Source of the DNA: Azolla caroliniana
Taxonomy: Eukaryota; Plantae; Polypodiophyta
Length of the DNA stretch: 64,000 bases
Assembly: GCA_043228905.1 (NCBI GenBank)
Contig: JBHGNT010000010.1
Location: 15,128,001 to 15,192,000 of the forward strand
Direction: 5' to 3'
Shown here in pieces: positions 37,150 through 47,633 of this stretch (position 1 is the stretch's first letter; each line of letters opens with the position of its first letter). The position numbers and the translations under genes were made by a program. Below the pieces are notes generated by a model. That model was given only the letters and a program-made list of their open reading frames with translations, was not told the origin of the DNA and did not search any database.

Positions 37150-39342
37150 TCACTGTAGCCGAAATCTCACTTTCTCTCTTCTTGGCACGTATCGGAGGAC
37201 GTGCGGTTTGGTGGGGGTGGATGTCGTGATGATTTTCGGCAATAGTGTGAAAATCCCATAAAACGTACAAAATCGAGTATGTATCACATAATACAATAAT
37301 TGTGAAGATAACATTTTAAATAAATTTAATATCTAAGTACAAAATGATGGAGGTTTCGAATGCACTTTATTACACGAGAAACGGACAACTAAATGTCAAG
37401 ATATCAGGGTATAAAGTTTATGAAAGGATAAGAGAAAGTTGTGAGATATCCCACATAGGCACGACAAATACGACTCTCATCATATATAAGGTAGAGCAAA
37501 TGATATTATCTTTGTGTCTATGTGTGGAGCATAGAGAGTTCAAGGTAACTTGAACTAAGAGTGGAGGTGGGCTAGCTACTCGTAAAGGGTTTTGGCCAAC
37601 CAAAACCGGACCGGCGATGGAGCCGGTGATCCGGCGCCAGTGAGACACCGGCATCCGACGGCAATCCGGCGAGGCACCGGTAACCGACGACATCCGACGA
37701 ACCGGCGTCCGGGGACTAGATAAATAAATATATAAATATATATACATATACAAGGACAAGGAGGGCAAGTAAAGATTCGAACCTTGCACCTCCGAGTTAA
37801 GAGTCAATTGGCTTACCATTAAGCCATGCCATTTAGTTGAATTTATATTTCTATCATTGTACTTTTACGTGTAAATTCTCATACTTGAGAGCTAAAATGA
37901 GTGACATGGTTATCATGCACCACATGTAATACATAAGCGCCAAATGGCAAGCATGCATTTTATGCATGTCTTGTACCCTCACATGCATCATATGCATGAG
38001 AGCATCTATAAAAGAAGGAAGGGGGAGGAGAAAAAACACGTTTTTTTTTTGTTATGAAATTAAGAAGAAGAAATTTGTTATCAAATTGATCGTGTAACTT
38101 GTTTCTTAAATCTAAAGATAAAAGTTCAATCAATCTCTCTCAATCGTTTAATCTCAACTTCTCTCTTTCCCAATCTATCTTAAGTACTTTCTCGCCAAAG
38201 CTTGCGCCAAAGCTTGTACCGACTTTGAATCCTTCCGGTCCAAAACCCCGGCGGTTCCGCCTCACGATCCGCGTGTAGTGACGGATCTTCACGACACCGG
38301 CAGTCGGCTCCCTTATGTATGCGATGGTCACGACACGGCCTCATATTTCTCACATCGTAGGAGTCGTCAACAAATTCATGCACAACCCAGGTCGATCGCA
38401 CTAGAACACAGTCAAGCATGTGTTCAGATATCTAGCTGGCACCAAAGACCGCGGCATTCTTTTTGGCCCGAACTCAACCTCAGGCGTAGTCGGTTACACC
38501 AACTCGGACTTCACCGGCTGCGTGGACAGTCGGAAATCAACAACCGGATATTGTTTCAAATTCGGCAATGGAGCAATCTTGTGGAAGTCAAAACTTTAGG
38601 AGTGCACAACCACCTCAACGACCAAAGCGGAATATGTAGTTGTGTCCGACGTGGCAAAAGAAGGTTTATGGCTTGGTCGGTTGGCTCACACGTTTCGACA
38701 AGTCAACCTCGACTCGGCTTTAGTTGTCTACAGCGACAGTCAGGGTGTTGTTGCTTTGTCAAAAAATCTGGTTCACCACAACGCCTCCAATTATATCGAC
38801 GTTCGATATCACTTTGTTCGAGAGTGCGTCATTTCAGGGAAAATCGGTCTCGAGAAGATATCCACAACCGATAATGTCGCAGATGGAATGACCAAGTGTC
38901 TTTCGGCGGATCGCTTTTGGTCCCTTCAACACCAGATGGGCGCAACGAAAAATCAGTCTGGTTAAAGTCGGACACACAGCACAGGATGGTTTCGGACAAC
39001 CGACATTGGTTCTTTGAGGATCGGCTTCAACTCTTCCGACTCGACCAATTCGGTCTTCTGTCTTCAGATCTTGCCGACTCGAACAAAATCAATATGTCCC
39101 ATAAACCTTGTATATACCTGTAATTTCAAATAACCCATGTATACACCCATTACGGGGGAGTGTCGAATACGAGTGTATAATGGTTGTATTCACATTGTCC
39201 CTTTGGACAGCCCAAGTTTGGGTTATTTCTGTAAATAGCATAAAGGGCAGTTGCCCTAGGATAGTCACTATATAAAGTGACTTTGTAACCTTTGGTGGTG
39301 GTTGGTTGTCATTTGTAACTATTGTTATTAAGAAAGAAAACA

Positions 39343-39392
<50 letters not shown>

Positions 39393-39471
39393 CTTGTTCA
39401 TTCTCATACACAGGTCCTTCAACATCACAGATGTTGTTTGTTCTTCCGCACTAACGACCTTGTCCCCAACA

Positions 39472-41172
39472 TAAACCCATGTTTTCCTTGAGCAATCATC
39501 AATGAAAGTTACATAAAACTTACATCCACTAATTGATGCATTTTTTGTTGGTCCCCATACATTTGTATGTACCAAATCCAACAAATTTTGGCTTACATGT
39601 CTTTCGTGAGGGAAAGGCAACCTGTTTTGCTTTCCATATTGACATGCTTCACATATTTTTCCCATCTCACAGTCTTTCAACTTAGGCAGTCCAGTCACTA
39701 CATCTTTCCTCAACATATTTTTCAATGTTTGCATACTTATGTGACTGATTCTTTTATGCCACATTTCCACTTCTGAGATTACACTCATACCTTCTGTAAA
39801 CATGGTTGTAATCTTCCTAGGCATATCCACATCTAAAACAAACATCCTTTCCTTTTGCAATGAGCTTTCCATTTTTCTCTATGAAGCATCCACTTTGCTT
39901 AAACTTCACTTGCATTCCTTGCTCCACTATCTGTCCCACAGAAATCAGATTTTTTGCAAGGTTTGGCACATGCATAACATTCAACATATATTTTGTTTTT
40001 CCTTTTTCTTCCCACAATGGGATATCTCCAACATGCTCTATTTGGTGAGTAGTATTATCACCTATCTGTATATAACCAGGAATCTCTGGTTCCCTTAACC
40101 TTTCAAACCAGTTTTTATGTCTTGTCATATGATTAGATGCCCTAGAATCTACATACCACATAAACTCTTCATTGCATCTCTGTGAACATTCAGCCACTGC
40201 TGTTGTTTCATGTTGCATCACAAATGCACCATCTTTATCACAGTCTTCACTGGTTGAGGCATAATTATTTTGTTGTCTCTTCCCTCTTTTCTCATCATTT
40301 TGCTTTTTATAGCATTCAGCCTATGTGTGGCCTGGTTTTCCACAATACCAACAACCATCATCATTCGAATAAGTTTGCTTACCTCTTCCTCAATTGCTCC
40401 CCCTATCTCTGATGTTGTTTCTTCCACTTTCAGCCTGTTGTCCTCTTCCTTGATAACTATTGTTGTTGTTGGTTCTAGCTGAACCAAGTCTTCCATGGCC
40501 TCTTCCTCGGCCTCTTCCAACACTATTGTAGAGGGCTTGCCTCTTAGTCTCAGTGTTTCCTTTGTTTACATCATCCATTTGATTTCTTTCTTCCACTACA
40601 AGCATTGAAACCAAATCTAGAAAACTTGGGATGTTATCCCTTGTAAGAATAGATGTTTTGAAGCTTTTATATTGAGGTTCTAAGCCTCTTAAGCATATTT
40701 CCACCTTATCATCATCTTCTACCTTCACATTGATAGAAGCAAGTGATTCACATATGCTCTTTATTTTCAGAGCATACTTATTCACTGACATCTTACCTTT
40801 TTCCAAGGTATTTAGCTCAGTCTTCAACTTAAGCTTTCTTGCCTTTGTATTCACTGCAAACAGTTTTACTAAATTGTCCCAAGCTTCTTTTGGAAGCATA
40901 GCATCTTGTATGTGTCCAAACATCGAATCTGAGATGCTAAGTGACAACCAATGCAATACCTTTCTTGCCCCTTGGTTCCATTCCTTAAATGCTTTAATTT
41001 GTGCAGCAGATGCATTTTCTTCAGGGATCTTTGGAGCCTCTTCTAGGTTTCCTTCAATGTAATCCCAATATCCTTTCCCCATCAGGAAATTTGTCATTCT
41101 AAATTTCCACACCGGGAAATTGTTTTTATCTAATTTCTCTGTAACGATTTGGCATGCATTCTCAACAACCAT
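39472..41172 (-). pseudogene. gag-pol: gag-PR-IN start of Copia G
   Basis: KLDKNNFPVWKFRM, WYVDSRASNHM, WHKRISH and LDLVHTNVWGP. Confidence 0.88.
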
Positions 41173-42166
41173 TTTCTCTTTCTATTAGGGCTTTTGCTAT
41201 GATTACTTCAACAAGTAACTCTCTGATTCAGATCAACAAACAGAGAAATAACCTTCTCATATCTGTGCACTGCTATACTCTTCTTTATGAGCAACTCTGC
41301 TTTGATACCATGTTACGAAGGTGCTACAACTCTTTTGTGTGCACAGCGGATCGTGATGTGCTGGATCATTCAGTGCTCAAGACAGAAAGGGGAAGGGGAA
41401 GGAGACTTACCTTTGCACAGTCCAAAAACTTCTATTTCATTACACGCAGAGCTCAACTTGCTCTCGTCTGTTTTCTGTTTTCTTACCTTACTCTTTGCAC
41501 TACTCTCACTCTCCTACTTACTACTTACTACAACTTACTTTTTACCTAAGTACATAAGTGACTTATATATACAACTAATTAGCTGTCAGTAGCTAATTAG
41601 CTATCTGTAGCTAAATAGATGTCAGTAGCTAAATAGTTGTGCATAGCTAAATAGTTGTTTCACCTTTATGTCCACTAGTAGCTAATTAGCTAATTGCTAC
41701 TATAGCTTATTTCTCAATAAGCATCACATACCTTTGTTGAGCTTGCTTCTCAACATTAGCCCCTAGAAGGCATTCATGTGCTCCATCATGCTGGAGTCGT
41801 CCTGGTACCAGAGCCTCACTAGCTTCCGGAATACCGAAACCCAATTAACAGCATTCTTGTTCTAGAACATGATGTCGATCTTCTCCCAGAGTTCATGAAC
41901 CTTGCTCTCTACATTGAAGTTGTTGTACAGGATCATGTTGATGAAGCACTGGATGTATACCGTCGTCTTCATGTGCATCACCTCCCACACTGTGGCGTCG
42001 ATCTTATCTAGTCTCTTGTCCCCGAACTGAACCGGCAACCAAAGATCTTTAACCACCAGCATATCCCTCATCTTTGACTTCCACACTGAGTAGTTGGAGT
42101 CGGTGATCTTGAACATGCCGCCGAACAATTCTTCCATTTCTTGTGTTGTTTGCTCTGATACCAGAT

Positions 42167-42740
42167 TGTAAAGTAAGGCGCGGAATATTGCTCGGCCACA
42201 ACCGATTCTTGAATCATTTTGATGAGAATGAAACACAGAAACGAGAAATGGAGAGTACACAAGGAAATACACAGGATGTTTATGTGGAAAACCCTAATAG
42301 GGAAAAACCACGGGAGCCCACAAACTCCAAACTATCACTATATGAGAAAGGTACAATCAAAGCCTCAGAGGCAACGACCTCATGCTCTGTATCATCGCCA
42401 ACTGGCAGTTACAACAGAGTAACGCTCTATATCTCACACACACTCTCTCTCTCTCTATTGCTCTTTGTACAACAGTTATCACTGAACAACAATATGACAA
42501 CCACAAAAAGTGATTGCCCTAAGTCATATTTACACTTATATGATCTTAGGGCTATTTACAAATATAGCCTCAATAGGCTTACTCAAAACATATTTACAAA
42601 TATGTCTTCTCATCCGGTTCTCATCGGATCTATCCGATCCTGTTTCCAGTCCAATCCGGTTTTCGGATCTCTCTTCCGGTTCTCACCGGGTCCACTTCAT
42701 TCATAACCGCATCCCATCCAGAGGGACTGATTTCCCAACA
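42167..42740 (-). repeat. Element E 5' LTR
   Basis: Minus strand begins TGTTGGGAAATCAGTCCC like M's LTR; adjacent to the iMet PBS. Confidence 0.88.
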
Positions 42741-42764
42741 CTCAGATCCCACATGCACAAGTAA

Positions 42765-43550
42765 TAATTTATAACTTAGGATTGTATTCCTTCATTGGCA
42801 CGAGTACTAATTTATATCTCACCATTGCCCTCTCTTGTGCATTAGTACTAATGAATAACTTAATACTATCCTCTTTCGTTCATTAGTACTAATTTATAAC
42901 TTTAGACTGCCATCCGGCAAGCACGAGCACTAATTAATACTTACATTGGCCCCTCTCAGTAATGTTTGTACTAATTCATAACTTAGTTGTATTCAACTTT
43001 GTTCGTTAGTACTAATTTATAACTTAGGATTGTTCTCTCTCATTGATACTAATTATTAACTTAGTACTATCCAACCATGTTCAATAGTACAAATTATTAA
43101 CTTAGTACTGTCCAACTTTGCTCATTAAGACCAACTTATAACTTAGGATTGTCCTCTGTCATGCATTAGTACTAATTAATAATTTAGTATTGTCCAACAT
43201 TGTTCATTAAGACCAACTTATAACTTAAGACTATCCTCTGTCATGCATTAGTACTAATTAATAACTTAGTACTCTCCAACTTTGTTCATTACGACCAACT
43301 TATAACTTATGGTTGTTCTCTCTCATGCATTAGTACTGATTAGTAACTTACCACTCCCCTCTCTCGTCTGTTAGTACTCATTTCCAACTTAATACTATCC
43401 TTTCTCATGCATTAGTACTAATTAATAACTTACCACTTCCCTCTCTCGTCTATTAGTACTAATCTCCAACTTAGCATTATCCTCTCTCATGCATTAGTAC
43501 TAATCAATAACTTAGTACTATCCTCTCTTGTTCATTTGTACTGATTCAAA
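42765..43550. repeat. AT-rich ~41-bp minisatellite (~19 units), partly organised as 82-bp dimers
   Basis: Recurrent CATTAGTACTAATT..ATAACTTAG alternating with CATTAAGACCAACTTATAACTTAG. Confidence 0.9.
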
Positions 43551-43654
43551 TATTATTATTGTTCACTCATGCATAAGTAATCATTATGGTTTAAGTCATG
43601 CAATTAATTATTTTTGTTGGCTAACTGTCATGCAAAACACCCATATACTTCTCA

Positions 43655-44530
43655 TTGACAAACATTAGGATGCAATGGAACTACTTCAGGTCTGGACATG
43701 GAAAGGGAGAGCACGATGGCGCAAGGGCTGTGAACATGCATGCTCTTACATCGGAGCAATTGGATAATAAAGGTGTTAAGCTACAAAATGCACATGATGT
43801 TGTGGAGTGGCTCACATGGAAGATGTCAAATGATGGTAAGAATAGATTGTTTATTGAGGTTCGTGCTAATGAGGTGGATAGGAGTAAATCATACGGTTAT
43901 AAAACCGTGAAAGGGATGCGCAAGACCCATTGTGTTTTAGGGTTTAGTCTCAAGGACACAACACAATTGTTATTCCACATTTTATCGTGCTTTTGTTCCA
44001 TGTGTTTAGATGAAGCTTGGGATAAATGCACCAATCTATCAATTGTGGAGCCATGGAAGCTACAAATGCTAGAGATAGAACACAATGTGAATATCCAAGA
44101 AAACGAGCATTCAGACAATATTGTATATTACAACCAGTGTGAGGATTTAGCAATATTATTGGAAGTTGGAGATCATTTTGAAGTGCTCAAATCTCCTCAG
44201 AATGAAGATTTTGAAGACTACTACATTGTGGTGTGCAAGCAAGTAAATACAATATTGGAAGAACTCGTGAGGGATGGTTGGTACAACATGTTCAATGTTG
44301 GTGAGTCTGTCATGTATGGCAACTACTATGCAAAGTTGCCACAATGCAAGAATACATATGCATTGTTAAAAGATGCACCCACCGCAATTATCTATGTTGA
44401 TGCCATTATTGCAATCAAGTTCAAAATGACTCAAGCAAAGCACAAGGTTAAGGGATACAACATTGTCTACAAAGTCCCCAAAGGGGTACACGAACACATA
44501 TTGGGGGAGGTCTCCCTCTTTCATGTTTAG
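43655..44530 (+). CDS. C-terminal part (probable last exon) of a DDD/E transposase, Sola2-like
   Basis: WNYFRSGHGKGEHDG motif followed by a SCFCSMC...C cluster; the N-terminal catalytic aspartates are absent; possible splice acceptor TTAG at 43665-43668. Confidence 0.6.
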   Translation: MTNIRMQWNYFRSGHGKGEHDGARAVNMHALTSEQLDNKGVKLQNAHDVVEWLTWKMSNDGKNRLFIEVRANEVDRSKSYGYKTVKGMRKTHCVLGFSLKDTTQLLFHILSCFCSMCLDEAWDKCTNLSIVEPWKLQMLEIEHNVNIQENEHSDNIVYYNQCEDLAILLEVGDHFEVLKSPQNEDFEDYYIVVCKQVNTILEELVRDGWYNMFNVGESVMYGNYYAKLPQCKNTYALLKDAPTAIIYVDAIIAIKFKMTQAKHKVKGYNIVYKVPKGVHEHILGEVSLFHV

Positions 44531-45427
44531 AATGGCAAGTGTTGCGTCTAATGTAACTTTTGCATGTATTCAAACTCTGACTTACAAAGGAAAGGAAATA
44601 TATCATCCTGGGTTTTCATATTTATCTTGGGTTTTCTAACAATATCCCTCTTTGGTTTAGAGATGTATGTTTCTTTTACATGAAGTCTAGTGCTTGGTAA
44701 AAAATCTCATTGGCTAGTATCTGAGCCTACGTTAGTATCAAAGTTAGGAGTTCATGTGTGTGCCTATAACTCTGTAGTAGTTCATATATATCATATGTGT
44801 GCCTATAACTCTTTAGGAGCTCATATGTATAAAAGTTAGTAGAATGCATATCAAGTTAGTACTAAATCTGTGTTAAGAGTTTGCTAAAGTGTCTGCATAT
44901 GTAAGATAAGAGTGTTCATTCCACTCATCACTCATCTTCTCACTGTCACATGTGTGCATAACAAGTAAACCAGAACAATGTCACGATGAGGGTAATCAAT
45001 AACTTAACATTCCTATCAATTATAGACAACCACCCAGATACAATAAACTTATCTAGATACTGAGTGGCACTTCATCATCGGAGGTAGTAGACTACTGAGT
45101 GGCACGAGGCAGTAGTAAATTAGCTACAATGCATATCAAGTTAGTACTTAAACTATGTTAAGTGTTTACTAACCTAGACATATTTAAGATAGGAGTGTTC
45201 ATTCCACTCATGACTTTACATTCTCACCATCACATGTGTGCATAACAAGTAAATTAAAACTGTGTCAAGATGAGGGTAATGAATTACTTAGCATTCTTAT
45301 CAATAACTTTGCATCCAATTCACATCTTGGATATGTAAACCTCGTTAGTGTCAAGAAGCAGGTAATCAATAACTTTACATTTGGTAATCAATAACATACA
45401 ACGATCAAAATACAATAAACTTTGGTT

Positions 45428-46940
45428 TTAGTTTTTTCTAGATCTTGTAATGCGCCTATTTTTTGTTTCATTCTTCTCAGATTTCACACCCTTCTTCATC
45501 TTAAAACCACGAGGTAGTAAACTACTTAGTGGCAATTCATCATCGGTGGGTAAAGCCAAGCTTGAGGAAACAGTGTGTTCTGTTGCAACTGCTTGAGATG
45601 CACACACTTCCAAGAAGATGCGGTCGATAGTCTTACCAAAAATCTCTTGGAGGTCATTGGACATGTCATTCTTCAATTTTCCCAACTCCACTACCACATT
45701 ATTAGGAGTACAAACATGTTCCTCATCTTGGGTGTTTGTCTTCATTGCAAACTCCCCATTGATCAAGTTAGACACTTGCTCCAAGTGCAAGCTACTTGCA
45801 GTATTTTGGACAGACACCTCATTCATAGTACCACACTCTCCTTCTTCTTGGGTAGTTGCGGGGATCTCCTTAATGATACAACCTTGCCCTAGGTTAAGGC
45901 TGCTTGTGGTGTTTTGGACACACACCTCATTCTTTGTACAGCCATGATCCTCTCCTTGAGTCAATTTCACATTCTTTGTAGACTCCATTGCAAAGTTGCT
46001 TGTCACCTCATGCTTTGTCCACTCCGGCTCCTCTTTTTGGGTGATCTCACATTCCTCATGTGTGGTAGCATCTGAGCCTGAATAATCAAGATTGCTCCAT
46101 AAATTGCCTGAATCATCTGATGGTATTTGTGAATCTACATGCTCTTCTACTCCTAAATAACAGTAAAGTGATGCAAGAACAATATCAATTCACATTCTGA
46201 AAAAATGAAGGCACCTAGCCAAACGTTTAAGGTTAAGGAACAAATGTTTACCTACTGTTACATCGTCATTGTTGCTTGGGATGGTCCCAGTTTCAAGTTG
46301 GGGCTCTTCATCATGCCAATATTTCACAACACTCTCTATGTATATACAATTGTACATTATTGTCACGTGAAGTAATATGGTCAAAATAACAATTATATGA
46401 GAGGGCTCCTAACATGTACTTGGAAGTGAGATAAATTCTTCTTCATATTGTGGCTCTGAATCTGTATCTCCATTTTCATTACTCTTTTCTTCCTTGTCTA
46501 AAAACAAAAGTATGTAGTATTAGTCTAACTCATCAAGATGACAACAGCCACAAGTTTGTGAGAATTTGTATTACCCACCTCAACAATCAACTTTGCATTT
46601 CTTCCCCTTTCCGTACAATTTCCTTGTAGCATTACGCTTCTTCATAGGCTCTTTGATAGAAACATAATAAATTAGTAGTATACCAACATTTCAGAAATTA
46701 GAAAAGCAACACAATTAGCATTACCATTCACATAGTAAGGGTGTGCCGAGCTAGGAGATTTTGTTTCAAGCATCACATTTTCAACTGTTCCAATGACCTT
46801 TCTCATACATTCATCTTCATCATAAACTTCATTAGGTACCACTAAGGAACAACCGTGCACTTTGGAATTTGCAGCATACTCTATACGTAGTATTGCGGGG
46901 CTTGGTTTGTCAATTACCTTCCCTGGTGTGGTGTTACTAG
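45428..46940 (-). CDS. Possible multi-exon acidic protein of unknown function, convergent with the transposase
   Basis: ORF 45428-46006 ends in a basic, NLS-like tail (KNRRITRSRKN) and has an internal repeat; upstream coding-like blocks are bounded by GT/AG-like sites (~46155, 46250, 46500, 46575). Confidence 0.35.
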
Positions 46941-47026
46941 AAACTACAACATTCATATTATACGCATACATATTATAAGAGTACATATTATAACATGAGT
47001 CCAAAATTACAAATATAGTATTGATC

Positions 47027-47633
47027 CACCTGGACATGCATATTTCATCTGGTAACGAACAATGTTAGTACTAAAAAGCCAACACATTCATGTCTATTTG
47101 TTCGGTGCAAAGCCTAATTCAAGTGGACACAAAAAGTACAATGCAATAAGCAATGTTAGTACTAATACAAGTTATACAACTAAACATTTAGGACCCTCCG
47201 TACCAAATAATCAATACTGAATCAATTGATCATGAAGGAATACAATGTATTAAGTAATGTTAGTACTTAATCAACATCTTAGGAACTTAAAGGATTAGTC
47301 CTAAGCCACCTAGACATGCATATTTCATCTGGTAATGAACAATGTTAGTACTAAAAAGCCAAGACCTTCATGCCTAATTGTTCGGTTATACAAAGCCTAA
47401 GTCAAGTGGACTCAAAAAGTACAATGCAATTAACCAATGTTAGTACTAATACAAGTTATACAACTAAACATTTAAGAGCCTTTGTACTAAATAATCAATA
47501 CTAAATCAATTGATCACGAAGGAATACAATGGAATAAGTATTGTTAGTACTTAATCAACATCTTAGGATCTTAAAGGAATAGTACTGAACCACCTGGACA
47601 TGCATATTTCATCTGGTAATGAACAATGTTAGT
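47027..47633. repeat. ~280-bp tandem repeat (a little over 2 copies), cut by Copia K
   Basis: CACCTRGACATGCATATTTCATCTGGTAA at 47027, 47307 and 47591. Confidence 0.9.

Larger units (their letters stand above)
30409..38296 (+). mobile_element. Element I: tRNA-Trp family Ty3/Gypsy with two LTRs, degenerate
   Basis: LTRs 30409-31501 and 37222-38296 with 12-bp terminal inverted repeat TGTCGTGAAGAT/ATCTTCACGACA; TSD CCGG; PBS variant TGGTGAACCCGGCCTGA at 31510; PPT GGTGGGGGTGGA. Confidence 0.95.
27128..38965 (+). pseudogene. gag-pol: gag-pol of Copia H, interrupted by Gypsy I at PYAP|AVGSLMY
   Basis: FDGSNFNFWK, CSYCKKPGH, WLLDSGASYH, LDLVHSDVCGP, IYVDDM and a C-terminal RNase H. Confidence 0.88.
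20413..39471 (+). mobile_element. Element H: full-length degenerate Ty1/Copia inserted in the integrase of G
   Basis: 5' LTR 20413-26455 (split by J), 3' LTR 39161-39471, TSD TAAAC, mutated iMet PBS TAGTATCAGAGC at 26458; gag-pol remnants 27128-30408 and 38297-38965. Confidence 0.92.
17315..41755 (-). mobile_element. Element G: full-length degenerate AT-rich Ty1/Copia, interrupted by H
   Basis: LTRs 17315-17741 and 41311-41755, TSD TTAGC, iMet-type PBS at ~41298-41310, PPT from 17742. Confidence 0.93.
15342..42740 (-). mobile_element. Element E: degenerate Ty1/Copia (same family as M), split by insertions; own sequence is 15342-15588, 15985-17314 and 41761-42740
   Basis: gag/PR/IN fragments homologous to M (WVVDSGASFH, LELVHTDVC); iMet PBS 42152-42163; 5' LTR 42167-42740. 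Confidence 0.88.

Noticed and set aside
42765-43550. Regularly spaced palindromic repeats next to a nuclease-like ORF, read as a CRISPR array
   Set aside because: The 'spacers' are homologous to one another and form 82-bp higher-order units; there are no cas genes and the context is eukaryotic. It is a minisatellite.
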